From: an uncultured Pseudohongiella sp.
GTDB taxonomy: Bacteria; Pseudomonadota; Gammaproteobacteria; Pseudomonadales; Pseudohongiellaceae
NCBI GenBank assembly: GCA_965206945.1
Contig: OZ242251.1
Coordinates: forward strand, 110,549 to 174,548
DNA length: 64,000 bases
Direction: 5' to 3'
Shown here: positions 17,689 to 28,130 of the stretch, in pieces
Position numbering within the stretch: the stretch's first letter is position 1
Layout of the letters: the number at the start of each line of letters is the position of its first letter
Made by a program: the position numbers and the translations under genes
The notes under the pieces: generated by a model
Seen by the model: the letters and a program-made list of their open reading frames with translations, nothing else
Databases searched by the model: none
What the model was told of the DNA's origin: nothing

Positions 17689-18300
17689 GAAGCATGATGC
17701 CCCGTTAATAAATGGGAAGCCGGGGTAATTCTACTCAAATCATGGATTCTAACGCCGTGCCGAGTCTTTGAACTTTTCTATCCTATTGAAAAACCTGTCA
17801 TTAAGAACCAAGCTTTTTTGCCATTGTAACCATACAGAATGGCGCTCGATTTTCCCGACAAATTCACTCTTTAAGAGCGTAGTGGTGATCGAGCCAAACA
17901 TCCTGGCTTTCGGTCCCTTCGTTGTACTGCTTGAAGAATTAACGAAAACTGCCGTCCGTATCGAAAACTCATGTGCCAGGGAAACCTGATTTTGTGCCAA
18001 CCAAATTTCCGCTGATATTGTCAGTGACTTCCCATTTACCTAATCAAAAATCAAAAGCGCGAAACACCGAGTTTCTCTCACAGCCTACTTGTTGGGTTAT
18101 TGAAGAATTATCACTTGATGCCTGAAAAGAAGTGAAATAGATGGAGAAAACTCCCTTTTTTATTGGCTACCCCAATAAAGTTCCTAGCCTGGACTCGATG
18201 GTCACTAGTCATGTCACGTTGATTGCCAAGATAGTATGTCATCAGCAATTCACACTCTATCATCAATAGTAGCAATAGATTCTTTCAACTCTAAGGTATA

Positions 18301-20130
18301 ATGCCAGCAATGACCAATGCACATGACATTTTACAATCTGTTTTTGGTTTCTCGTCTTTCCGTCCACCCCAAGATCAAATAATCGACGCCATTATTGCCG
18401 GTGATGACGCGCTGGTTCTGATGCCCACTGGTGGCGGCAAATCCTTGTGCTACCAGATTCCCGCTATAGTCCGTAATGGCTGTGGAGTTGTTATTTCACC
18501 ACTCATCGCCTTGATGCAGGATCAGGTCAGCGCCTTAAAGCTTCTTGGTGTGCGCGCCGCATTTCTGAATTCGACTCTAAGTGGAGCAGAAGCTGTCGAG
18601 ATTGAACAGGCATTGATGCACGGTGAACTCAATCTGCTGTATATAGCGCCAGAACGATTCAATCAATCAAACACACTTAAACTATTGAGAGATGCTGCAA
18701 TATCGCTTTTTGCCATCGACGAGGCACATTGCGTTTCGCAGTGGGGCCATGATTTTCGCGCCGACTATTTACAACTCAGTCTGCTGCATGAACTGTTTCC
18801 TGAAGTTCCTCGCATCGCGCTAACCGCCACCGCAGATAAAAGAACGCGAGTAGAAATAAGATCACGGTTACAGCTTACCGAGGCACGACAATTTATTGCC
18901 GGATTCGATAGACCCAATATTCACTATCGCATCGCTCTTAAGCACAATGCCAAACAGCAATTTTTAAAATTCCTAGGTGAGGAACACACGAGTGACGCTG
19001 GCATAGTGTATTGCCTGTCACGTAAGAAGACCGAAGAGATTGCCTATTGGTTACAAGGCCAAGGCTTCAATGCCCTGCCTTACCACGCGGGCCTTCCTTC
19101 CTATACCCGTGCCGATCATCAAAGTAAATTTCTAAGAGAGGAAGCTGTCATTATTGTCGCGACTATCGCCTTCGGCATGGGCATAGACAAGCCCGATGTT
19201 CGCTTTGTTGCCCATCTGGACTTACCCAGAACCGTTGAGTCCTACTACCAGGAGACGGGTCGGGCCGGTCGCGATGGTAAGCCCGCCAACGCCTGGATGA
19301 TCTACGGCTTGCAAGATGTCATCAAACTGAAACAAATGATGGAGGGCTCTGAGGGTAGTGAAGAGCATAAGCGAGCAGAGCAACATCGTTTGAATGCCAT
19401 GTTGGGTCTGTGCGAAATTACCTCCTGCCGACGTCAGGCACTGCTTAGCTATTTCGGGGAGACACTGGAACATGCCTGCGGTAATTGCGATAGCTGTCTT
19501 CAGCCGGCTCAAACCTGGGATGGTACCGAAGCCGCTCGCAAAGCGTTGAGCGTGGCCTATAGAACCGATCAGCGCTTTGGGGTGAATCATCTTATCGATG
19601 TACTACGTGGCGCAGAAACCGACAAAATTTTTCAATTCGATCACCATCACTTGGCGTCCCATGGAATTGGAAAAGAGTTGGACAATAATCAGTGGCGCTC
19701 GGTGTTCAGGCAGTTAGTTGCCAGAGGCTATCTAAGTGTAGACCTGGAGCGATTCGGCGCGCTACACCTGGAAGAAAGCTGTCGCGCGCTATTACGGGGA
19801 GAAGAAACCATTCAACTTCGCCGCGATATTAAGCAAAAGACAGCGAAACGCCAAACCAAGACTCCGCTCGCGCCAGACATCGACGTTGCGCTTTGGGAGG
19901 CACTGCGCGAATGCAGGAGAGAATTTGCTCAGGAACAGAGCGTACCCCCTTATGTCATCTTCCACGACAGCAGTTTGCAGGAAATGTGCGTAAATCTGCC
20001 CCAGGATATGGATGCATTTAGCCTGGTGAGTGGTGTAGGTGAAAGAAAACTAGAGAAATACGGGCCAGCCTTCACCAGAGTGATTTCGGATCATCTGAGT
20101 ACCCGAAACAAAGCAGTAGAACCTACCTGA
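18301..20130 (+). CDS. recQ: ATP-dependent DNA helicase RecQ.
   Basis: 609 aa. Walker A PTGGGKSLCYQ, DEAH box FAIDEAHCVSQWGHDFR, Zn-binding CxxC cluster (CGNCDSC), and a C-terminal HRDC-like region (PPYVIFHDSSLQEM). Confidence 0.93.
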   Translation: MPAMTNAHDILQSVFGFSSFRPPQDQIIDAIIAGDDALVLMPTGGGKSLCYQIPAIVRNGCGVVISPLIALMQDQVSALKLLGVRAAFLNSTLSGAEAVEIEQALMHGELNLLYIAPERFNQSNTLKLLRDAAISLFAIDEAHCVSQWGHDFRADYLQLSLLHELFPEVPRIALTATADKRTRVEIRSRLQLTEARQFIAGFDRPNIHYRIALKHNAKQQFLKFLGEEHTSDAGIVYCLSRKKTEEIAYWLQGQGFNALPYHAGLPSYTRADHQSKFLREEAVIIVATIAFGMGIDKPDVRFVAHLDLPRTVESYYQETGRAGRDGKPANAWMIYGLQDVIKLKQMMEGSEGSEEHKRAEQHRLNAMLGLCEITSCRRQALLSYFGETLEHACGNCDSCLQPAQTWDGTEAARKALSVAYRTDQRFGVNHLIDVLRGAETDKIFQFDHHHLASHGIGKELDNNQWRSVFRQLVARGYLSVDLERFGALHLEESCRALLRGEETIQLRRDIKQKTAKRQTKTPLAPDIDVALWEALRECRREFAQEQSVPPYVIFHDSSLQEMCVNLPQDMDAFSLVSGVGERKLEKYGPAFTRVISDHLSTRNKAVEPT

Positions 20131-20344
20131 AACCTTCAAAAAATCTCCTGCTCTGATATCAGAAATTCAGCTTTTCAAGCAATCGTGTCTGCGGCAATTT
20201 GTCGCTACTATAAATGAGTAGTTAGGATCCGTTCGTGTTCAGTGTTGTAACGGGCAGTGTTCTGGTCACAAATAAGTGATTGCAATGGAGCAGCGTAGTT
20301 GGCACTCTTAACCGTAGCCAAGGATAATACACTGAGGATTAATT

Positions 20345-21934
20345 ATGCCTAATAAAAACCCCCTAAAGTTAGTAAAAATACTGTTATTGAGCCTATTCGC
20401 CGTAATATTTACCAGTTCCGCTAACGCCGCAGAATTGGATCGCATAGGCACTTTCGATTTCCCAACATCAGGCGCTCCAGCCGCTCAAAAGCATTTCATC
20501 CTCGGCGTGGGTTATTTACACAGCTTTGGCATGACTCAGGCTCAGCGCGAATTTCGCCGCGCACAGGAGATAGACCCGGATTTCGCTATGGCCTATTGGG
20601 GCGAGGCTTTTACGTACCAGCATCCTTTCTTCGGTCAGAAAGACGACGGGCCAGGTGAAGCCTTGATGCGCTTAGGTGCCACCAGTGAGCAACGACTGGC
20701 ACAAGCTCCAACAGAAAGAGAGAAAGGCTTTCTGCGAGCTGCTGAAGCCTATGCGTTGACGGTGGGCAGCATGCCAGAACGTCGCACCGCCTGGATGGAT
20801 GCGATGGAAGATCTTTATACGAAATTTCCTGACGATGATGAAGTAAAAGCCTTCTACGCAGCCTCCATGCTATCAGGGGCAACAGCGGCGGGGGCAGCCA
20901 GAGGCCGTATCAATATGCGTGCGGGGGCCCTTGCCCTGGAACTGTTCAAGAAAAATGATAAGCATCCAGGTGCGGCCCATTATGTAATACACGCCTTCGA
21001 TGATCCGATCCATGCGCCAATCGCCTTGGAAGCCGCGACTGCCTATGCCGACATAGCGCCTGCTGTATCCCACGCGCGTCATATGCCCACTCATATTTTT
21101 ATCCAGCATGGCATGTGGAACGAGGTATCGATGTGGAACGACTCCGCCTTTAACGCGGGCCTTGAACTTTGGCAGCCCGGTGATTCAGTTGGCGACCTGA
21201 ATCATTCCTCTGACTGGGGGCAATATGGCGATCTTCAATTGGGTGATCTTGAAACGTCCAAGAGGTGGATAGCGCGCAGCGAAGACGTGGTGAAAAATAA
21301 TCCTGGGGACGGTCGTTCTATAGGCACCTTAAAAACCATGCGAGCGCGCCATATAATTGAAAGCAAGCAATGGCAGCTTCAGGAATTAACCGATGATCTG
21401 AATGCCGCCCAGCTTTTAGCGTTGGGCTTGTCTGCTGCTAACCTGGGCGAATTGAAACTGGCTAATCAGGTTGTTGATAGCTTAAGCAACATGCTGGCTG
21501 CCAAGCCCAACGATGTGCAGTTAAAACTTGCCCATCACGAAGTAGCAGCGCTGACCTTGCATAAAGAATCCATCAATCAAGCCACAATTGATGTCGCTAA
21601 GCGACAGCAAGCGATCGATCTGATGCAGGAAGCGATGCTCATAAAAGAAGGACAACGTCCACCCAATGGTGCGGCAACACCGCTTAAGCCAGTGCACGAA
21701 CTGGCGGCAGAAATCATGTTGGAGATGGATAGAAACGAGGAAGCAGTAAAACTGTTTGACTTGTCCTTACAGCGCCTTCCTAACCGACCCTGGTCTCTTC
21801 TCGGCGCCGCACGCAGTTACAAGAAACTGAATGACATCAGCAATGCAGCCATGAAGTATGAAGCTCTGCTGGCGGTTTGGAGTGACGACAGTCATCCCGC
21901 AGTCCAGGAAGCAAAGAAATATCTGGGCTACTAG
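20345..21934 (+). CDS. Secreted TPR-like/helical-repeat protein of unknown function.
   Basis: 529 aa. N-terminal signal peptide (LLLSLFAVIFTSSANA/AE). His-rich conserved block AAHYVIHAFDDPIHAP...HARHMPTHIF. I do not recognise a named family. Confidence 0.6.
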   Translation: MPNKNPLKLVKILLLSLFAVIFTSSANAAELDRIGTFDFPTSGAPAAQKHFILGVGYLHSFGMTQAQREFRRAQEIDPDFAMAYWGEAFTYQHPFFGQKDDGPGEALMRLGATSEQRLAQAPTEREKGFLRAAEAYALTVGSMPERRTAWMDAMEDLYTKFPDDDEVKAFYAASMLSGATAAGAARGRINMRAGALALELFKKNDKHPGAAHYVIHAFDDPIHAPIALEAATAYADIAPAVSHARHMPTHIFIQHGMWNEVSMWNDSAFNAGLELWQPGDSVGDLNHSSDWGQYGDLQLGDLETSKRWIARSEDVVKNNPGDGRSIGTLKTMRARHIIESKQWQLQELTDDLNAAQLLALGLSAANLGELKLANQVVDSLSNMLAAKPNDVQLKLAHHEVAALTLHKESINQATIDVAKRQQAIDLMQEAMLIKEGQRPPNGAATPLKPVHELAAEIMLEMDRNEEAVKLFDLSLQRLPNRPWSLLGAARSYKKLNDISNAAMKYEALLAVWSDDSHPAVQEAKKYLGY

Positions 21935-21981
21935 GAACCCACAACTGGTTCAATAAAAGAGAAACTGAAAAGAGAGCACTC

Positions 21982-23253
21982 ATGAATGACCAAGATTTAG
22001 AAAAAGTAGCAGGCAGTGGACTGCTTAGCCGCCGTCATTTGTTAGGGCTAGGGGCGGCGGGGGCAGGAGCCATTGCCTCAAGTTCGCTGTTAGCGGCTGA
22101 TGCCGGGCTCAATCTGGAAATACCGAGTTGGTCTAGACAACCTGGATCCAACGCCAGCGGCTACGGGTCGCGATCACGCTTTACGGAAGACATGCAGCGC
22201 ATGTCGGGAAATCCAAACCCACTCTACCCGGGCGGTGGCGCATCTCGCTCTCCCCTGCACCTATTGCAGGGTAGTATCACCCCGAATAGCCTGCATTTTG
22301 AGCGCCATCATGCGGGCATCCCCGATATTGATCCGACTCAACATAAACTGGTCATTCATGGTCTGGTACGACAACCCTTAGTATTTGGCTACGAGGACCT
22401 GCTTAAATACCCAATGGTAAGTAAAATCTATTTCCTCGAATGCTCCGGAAATAGTGGCTCATTGTTCGGACCTGATCCTGCGGACGGCACGGCGCAAAGT
22501 ATACACGGGCTGGTATCCGGTGCCGAGTGGACAGGCATTCCCCTCTCCACTTTGCTTGATGAAGCGGGTGTCGAGCCTGAGGCGCGTTGGATCAACGCGG
22601 TAGGCGCAGATGCCGCCAGCATGGGCCGTTCTATTCCTCTTGATAGAGCTATCGACGATGTCATGCTCGCGCTTTTCCAAAATGGTGAGCCGGTGCGTCC
22701 AGAACAAGGTTATCCAATGCGACTATTCGTTCCAGGGTGTGAGGGAAACATTAGCGTTAAATGGCTCACCCAGATAAAGCTCTCTACTGGGCCTACCCAT
22801 TTTCGCGATGAAACAAGCAAGTACACAGACACGCGGCTTGATCGCAAGAGCTTACAATTTACCTTTCCAATGGGGACAAAGTCTGTTATTACCTCGCCTT
22901 CTGGAAAAATGAAACTAGATAAGCAAGGTGTTTACCAGGTGACCGGTATTGCCTGGTCTGGTCGAGGCAGTATTCGCCAGGTGGAAGTAAGCGCTGATGG
23001 CGGCCGTAGCTGGGCCGATGCGATGATCGAATCCCACCAAAGTGAAAAAGCCCTGGCGAGGTTTCGCATTCCCTGGCAATGGACCGGCAGCAGTGCGGTA
23101 CTGCAAAGCCGCGCCACAGACAGTCAGGGCAATGTGCAACCAACCCGAACCAGCCTGGTCACTGAAAAAGGGAATATCAGCACCTACCATTTCCACGGCA
23201 TTCAAAGCTGGGCAGTCAATACCGCAGGAGACGTCGCCAATGTCTATGTCTAA
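21982..23253 (+). CDS. Sulfite-oxidase-family molybdopterin enzyme of the SoxC/SorA type (sulfite dehydrogenase-like catalytic subunit).
   Basis: 423 aa. Twin-arginine signal (LLSRRHLLGLGAAGAGA). Mo-ligand cysteine context FLECSGNS. C-terminal dimerisation-domain-like region. Confidence 0.8.
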   Translation: MNDQDLEKVAGSGLLSRRHLLGLGAAGAGAIASSSLLAADAGLNLEIPSWSRQPGSNASGYGSRSRFTEDMQRMSGNPNPLYPGGGASRSPLHLLQGSITPNSLHFERHHAGIPDIDPTQHKLVIHGLVRQPLVFGYEDLLKYPMVSKIYFLECSGNSGSLFGPDPADGTAQSIHGLVSGAEWTGIPLSTLLDEAGVEPEARWINAVGADAASMGRSIPLDRAIDDVMLALFQNGEPVRPEQGYPMRLFVPGCEGNISVKWLTQIKLSTGPTHFRDETSKYTDTRLDRKSLQFTFPMGTKSVITSPSGKMKLDKQGVYQVTGIAWSGRGSIRQVEVSADGGRSWADAMIESHQSEKALARFRIPWQWTGSSAVLQSRATDSQGNVQPTRTSLVTEKGNISTYHFHGIQSWAVNTAGDVANVYV

Positions 23254-23794
23254 CATAATTGGAAAACGTAACAAACTCACTTTCGTTGCTGTAGCCCTGT
23301 TTATACTAGGCAGTTTTCCTTCGATGACACAGGCGCAATCCCCTGGACTCGGTACTCCAATTAGCGAAAGCCAGTTACAGGACTTCGATTTGATTGCTCA
23401 ACCCGATGGCAGTGGATACCCCGATGGTAGCGGCACGGCAATGCAGGGCAAGGCTATTTTTGAATCAAGATGTGTGGCTTGCCATGGCCTGAATGGCGAG
23501 GGGACCTCAACCAACACTCGTCTAGTCGGTGGCAACATGCAGTCTGAGGAAAGACCTATTCGTACTGTGGGCAGCTACTGGCCTTATGTCAGCACCTTGT
23601 TCGACTATGTACGACGTGCTATGCCAGCGGACACGCCGAAAACATTAAGCAGCCCGGAAGTGTATCAGGTCATCGCCTATGTGTTGTTTATGAATGGCAT
23701 TGTAGATGCTTCCATGGTCTTGAATAAAGATTCCATCATGGGAATAGATATGCCCAACAAAGATGGCTTTATCGACAGCAGCCAAGCGCTATAG
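23240..23794 (+). CDS. Monohaem c-type cytochrome, the SoxD/SorB-like partner of the upstream molybdoenzyme.
   Basis: The track ORF 23042-23794 is over-extended. The likely start is the ATG at 23240 (MSMSNIIGKRNKLTFVAVALFILGSFPSMTQA, a signal peptide), which overlaps the upstream stop by 14 nt. There is a single CVACHG haem motif and the block TVGSYWPYVSTLFDYVRRAMP. Confidence 0.75.
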   Translation: MSMSNIIGKRNKLTFVAVALFILGSFPSMTQAQSPGLGTPISESQLQDFDLIAQPDGSGYPDGSGTAMQGKAIFESRCVACHGLNGEGTSTNTRLVGGNMQSEERPIRTVGSYWPYVSTLFDYVRRAMPADTPKTLSSPEVYQVIAYVLFMNGIVDASMVLNKDSIMGIDMPNKDGFIDSSQAL

Positions 23795-23909
23795 CCTTTA
23801 TATTGGTGGCTTTTCAGAGTCTGTAACCATCTGTTACGAGAGCTTCCCTGGCCTGCTAAATCCAAGTATTATCCCCCCGCCTTAGGAATATCACCCAAGA
23901 GAGGATTCA

Positions 23910-26192
23910 ATGAGAAAGTCGTGGTTGAATTTGTGCGTATTCAGCACAGCAGTAGCTTTGTTATTTTCGAAATCGCTGTTCGCAGCAGACGCTGATCTGG
24001 TTATGCCTTTGATTCAGGGGGAGCCCAGCCTCGCAGATTTTGCGAACATGACCCCCGCTACAGCTCTGGCAAGATCCATGGCTAAAGTAGACAGCTTTAT
24101 TCAGCGGGAACCAGATGTAGGGGAACCTTCGAGCCAGCAAACGGAAGTGTACATTGGGTATGATCAGCTTGAACTACACGTAGTTTTCCTGGCTTTCGAT
24201 TCAGAACCCGACCAAATTCGAGCCAACCTGTCCTCCAGAGAAAACATTGATGGCGATGACCATGTTGAAATAAGTTTTGATACTTTTAATGATCAACGTG
24301 CCGCGTTTTCCTTTCGCACCACGCCTCTGGGCATCCAATGGGACGCGCGCTGGACTGAGGGCTCATCCCGTCGAGCGGGTTTCGATACCACGCTTGAGAT
24401 GGTATGGGATAGTGAAGGGCAGTTAACCGACCAAGGCTATATGGCACGAATGTCGATCCCCCTGCGTAGCCTGCGTTTTCCTGATAGCTCGGAACAGAAC
24501 TGGCGTGTTCAGTTCGGGCGAAATATCCCGAGATTCAGCGAGCAATCCTACTGGCCAGACTATTCTGTCGCGGTCGAGGGGCGTCTAAACCAGACAGCCA
24601 CATTGACGGGTATCAGCGATGTCTCTCCGGGTAATAATTCCCAGATCATACCTTTCATCTTTGCACGGGAAGTTGATGCACTAGACCCTGACGCAACTGG
24701 TGGACCCAGGTTCGACCAGAGCTCAGAACAGGATATTGGTGTCGATGCAAAATTTGTCTTCAATGACTCTATGGTGTTGGATGTCACCTTGAATCCAGAT
24801 TTCTCTCAGGTCGAATCTGACGAGCCACAAGTCACACTTAACGAACGTTTTGAAGTGCAGTTTCCAGAGCGCCGACCTTTCTTCGTAGAGAATGCCGATT
24901 TCTTCGCCACTGATTCTACTTTGGTATTTACCAGAAGGATTATTGACCCCGAAGGTGGCGCACGTTTTACTGGCAGGGCAGGAAATTACGGCTTTGGCAG
25001 CATCTTAATAAACGACGAAGCGCCAGGCTTGAACAGGGCTGACAGCGACCCTCTAAGAGGCGAGAAAGCGAATATCGCTATACTGCGCGGCTTTATGGAT
25101 ATTTCGGATCAGGATAGGGTCGGTGTCTTACTGACCAACAGAGACCTGGCCGATGGCTACAACCGCGTAGCAAGTCTGGACGGTCGATTCAAGTTGACTG
25201 ATAACTGGACTACTCAGGTACAACTGGTTGGCACCGAAAGCAAACCCGCTAACGGTGGTGCAGAGACAACTGGCTACCAGCGCAATATTCAAATCAACCG
25301 CGCCGGTCGTCTGTTCACTAATCACACACACTTTATCGAAACCACCAGCGACTTCCGCACCGAACTGGGTTTTCAATCGCGATTCTTCCGCTCAGATTCA
25401 TCTGGGCTTCACCAGCGGGTTAATTTCAATTTCTATCCTGAGAATTCGAACGTCAATAGATGGAACACAAGTTTGTTTGGTGTTTATATCAATGACATAG
25501 GTGGCGATAAAATCTATACACAGTTGGGACCAGGTTTCGGTATTAATTTCGATACGAATGTCTTTAACATCAGTTACACGGATTATTCTGAAACGCTTAG
25601 AGCAAAAGATTTTCCTGGAATAATCACCAATCGTGTCTATAAATACGATGACCTTCAGCTCAGTTATACCAATACTTCGTTAAACACATTGTCATTTAGC
25701 GCAAACTTTCGAACGGGAACAACACTCAACCTGGTTCCACCCCGCGGTACTCTACCTGGTATCGCAGATACTTCTCGCTTTAGCTTCGATATGCTCTGGC
25801 GTCCAATTGACAGGCTGCGAATTTCTAACACCTATTTTCACACAGAGCTGGAAACTGAGGGTGGCAGCACTGACATTTTCAGTAATGATATTTTCCGCAG
25901 TAACTGGAACTACCAATTCACTAAAGAATGGTCACTGCGCTTCATCGCCCAGTATGACGAGACTGATGCCGGACCAGCTTCCAGGTTGACAGATGACGAG
26001 AATCTGAATTTCGATCTGCTGCTGCGTTATGTAATCAACCCATGGTCAGCGTTCTACATCGGCTACAATAGCAACCAGAGTAATTTTGATATTGTCGAAA
26101 TGGAAGGAGAGAGAGAGCTGGTAGTTGCCAATGATTTAAAAAACGATGGGGATCAAATTTTCATGAAATTCTCCTATCTGTTTCAACGTTAG
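23910..26192 (+). CDS. Outer-membrane protein with an N-terminal CBM9-like/DOMON-like domain (DUF5916-type family).
   Basis: 760 aa. Signal peptide (ALLFSKSLFA/AD). The N-terminal pattern QREPDVGEPSSQQTEVYIGYDQLELHVVFLAFD...DDHVEISFDTFNDQRAAFSF fits the family. The remainder is beta-rich and ends FMKFSYLFQR. Confidence 0.65.
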   Translation: MRKSWLNLCVFSTAVALLFSKSLFAADADLVMPLIQGEPSLADFANMTPATALARSMAKVDSFIQREPDVGEPSSQQTEVYIGYDQLELHVVFLAFDSEPDQIRANLSSRENIDGDDHVEISFDTFNDQRAAFSFRTTPLGIQWDARWTEGSSRRAGFDTTLEMVWDSEGQLTDQGYMARMSIPLRSLRFPDSSEQNWRVQFGRNIPRFSEQSYWPDYSVAVEGRLNQTATLTGISDVSPGNNSQIIPFIFAREVDALDPDATGGPRFDQSSEQDIGVDAKFVFNDSMVLDVTLNPDFSQVESDEPQVTLNERFEVQFPERRPFFVENADFFATDSTLVFTRRIIDPEGGARFTGRAGNYGFGSILINDEAPGLNRADSDPLRGEKANIAILRGFMDISDQDRVGVLLTNRDLADGYNRVASLDGRFKLTDNWTTQVQLVGTESKPANGGAETTGYQRNIQINRAGRLFTNHTHFIETTSDFRTELGFQSRFFRSDSSGLHQRVNFNFYPENSNVNRWNTSLFGVYINDIGGDKIYTQLGPGFGINFDTNVFNISYTDYSETLRAKDFPGIITNRVYKYDDLQLSYTNTSLNTLSFSANFRTGTTLNLVPPRGTLPGIADTSRFSFDMLWRPIDRLRISNTYFHTELETEGGSTDIFSNDIFRSNWNYQFTKEWSLRFIAQYDETDAGPASRLTDDENLNFDLLLRYVINPWSAFYIGYNSNQSNFDIVEMEGERELVVANDLKNDGDQIFMKFSYLFQR

Positions 26193-26620
26193 TTTCCACT
26201 ACAAATAGCAACGCTTAAACCCAAGGGCGAATACCAATCTCTGCCCTTAGATCAGGGCAAGATCACAGCTTCCACCTGTCACAAAAAATTACATACATCT
26301 AACTGACGACTGAAGCCCTGCGCCCACACTGAACCCTCCTGTAATTAGGTGATATAGCGCTCTGTGAGCACCTATTCCAGCGAGCTTTACAATAGCTTAT
26401 CGGGCCCATGACGGGGTAGGTTTGGAAACAGCAATAAGCTATTATCAGGAACTCATACAGGCGGCCTGATTTGTCTCGCAGGTACTGAACCCGGACAGAC
26501 AATGACACTAGCTCCGAGATGGGTTTATACTTTCGCTACTATGCCAGGTAAGCAACACATTGCTCAAAGCCTGTAGGCAATACCTGCCAGATAGAACCGA
26601 ATCATTCGAGGAATTGGAGC

Positions 26621-27796
26621 ATGACGAACATGATGAATCACTGGCTTAAGCTCATTAGGAAACTTTGTTTCAGCTTCTCTCTTTTTGTCAGCGCCAGCAT
26701 TTTTGCCAGCAATACTGGCGCACAATCGAGTTCGCAAATCCGGGAGCAGTATCCGCAATTGGCCGACCTGTTCAATGCCTTTGATGTAACCCAGGCTAAA
26801 GCCTTCGAAGAGATGGCGGCTATAAACTCAAATCCTGCCACCCAGGAAGCACGCAATGCGCTGCAAATGAATCTCAATATGCTCGCCAGGATGACCATGA
26901 ACGAAATGATGGCAGCAGGCATGGGCCACGAAAGCGAAATGGGCATGAGCGATGGGCCCTACCGTGATTTAGAGGTTGCGGCCCGTATTAGTTTACTAGA
27001 ACAGATGCGCGGCAAGCACACTGATAATGCCGCTGACGCGGCATTTGAGAATAGCCAAGCAATCGATAGACACACCGCTGAGGTGTTAAAGCGTGGCAGG
27101 AACTTTGAAGAAACCCTATTCACAATCTATATTGATGGTTCTATCTCAGACAAGAAAGCGGCTGTGACTGCTGCGATTGAGGACTACCTCAGCGATGAAC
27201 AACACTCAGTTGCTGCGGTGCCTAAAGAAAGTGACTATCTCATTGAACACAATCAGGCCGGTGCATTTAAATCGGCTTTTCCGCTTCTTAGTGGCTTTCT
27301 GTGGACACATCAATGGCTACAGCTCGCCTCGCTGGAGGCGGTGATTCTAGAAGGGCTGGATAGCCAGTTTACTGGCGGCGTGAACCTGGCCTTAGAGCGT
27401 TTCTGGAACAAGGTAGGCTCCTCTGGTGGCATGACCATGTTTCCTGCACCCAGCGAATTACCCATGGCAGCTGCGATTGCTCCTGATTTGTACAGTCAAT
27501 CACCAGAAGCCGCCATTATCATCGACAACCTCAATGTTCTGGAGACTGTAATAGCTGACATACTATCCTTTCCCAATGTCGAGAACCGCGATGAACTCAT
27601 GAATCAGGCGGTGGCTCTGTTCACGAACAAAGACAACAACAACGCGAAAACCATGGACTATCTTCTGTTTGCATTGCGTGGCGGCATCTATAATCAAGGT
27701 GGCCCCGCTGTTGGTGAACTCATGCAGTCAGAGCGAAACAGAGCCCGAGCTGCTATGGATATGCAACACAACATGATCATGTCTTCTCCACAGTAA
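26621..27796 (+). CDS. Secreted hypothetical protein with methionine-rich segments.
   Basis: 391 aa. GGAG lies 5 nt upstream of the ATG. Signal peptide (FSFSLFVSASIFASNTGA). Met clusters MNLNMLARMTMNEMMAAGMGHESEMGM and AAMDMQHNMIM. Confidence 0.6.
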   Translation: MTNMMNHWLKLIRKLCFSFSLFVSASIFASNTGAQSSSQIREQYPQLADLFNAFDVTQAKAFEEMAAINSNPATQEARNALQMNLNMLARMTMNEMMAAGMGHESEMGMSDGPYRDLEVAARISLLEQMRGKHTDNAADAAFENSQAIDRHTAEVLKRGRNFEETLFTIYIDGSISDKKAAVTAAIEDYLSDEQHSVAAVPKESDYLIEHNQAGAFKSAFPLLSGFLWTHQWLQLASLEAVILEGLDSQFTGGVNLALERFWNKVGSSGGMTMFPAPSELPMAAAIAPDLYSQSPEAAIIIDNLNVLETVIADILSFPNVENRDELMNQAVALFTNKDNNNAKTMDYLLFALRGGIYNQGGPAVGELMQSERNRARAAMDMQHNMIMSSPQ

Positions 27797-28130
27797 CCTC
27801 AGCATAAATAAAAGGCTCGTTCCGAAAGGGTCAAGCTTTTTTGTTCTCAACGTTCGGCCAGGGTATTCGTCAACAGTAGCATCAGAAACAGTATTAACAA
27901 TAGCTACTTGCGCTTGACCTTATGAACACGACACACTATGGGTTCGACAGGATGGGCGAATAAGGGCTATATCCCGTGTGCAATGTGGACATGGATAAAA
28001 TAGCTGATCCCAAGCAAACCCAGATCTGTATGGAATCTCGTCCAGGTTGTTATCGAGTATTTTTGCATGCCAGGAGTCTGTCGGATTAGCCGTTCGTAGA
28101 GAGGGGAAGCCCGATAGACTCCTGGTAGTG

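Noticed and set aside
17749-18000. Mutually antisense ORFs of 83 aa (minus strand) and 73 aa (plus strand, 17768-17989) in the AT-rich gap after the giant gene.
   Set aside because: There is no ribosome-binding site and no recognisable motif. They overlap each other almost completely in AT-rich DNA. Chance ORFs are the simplest reading.
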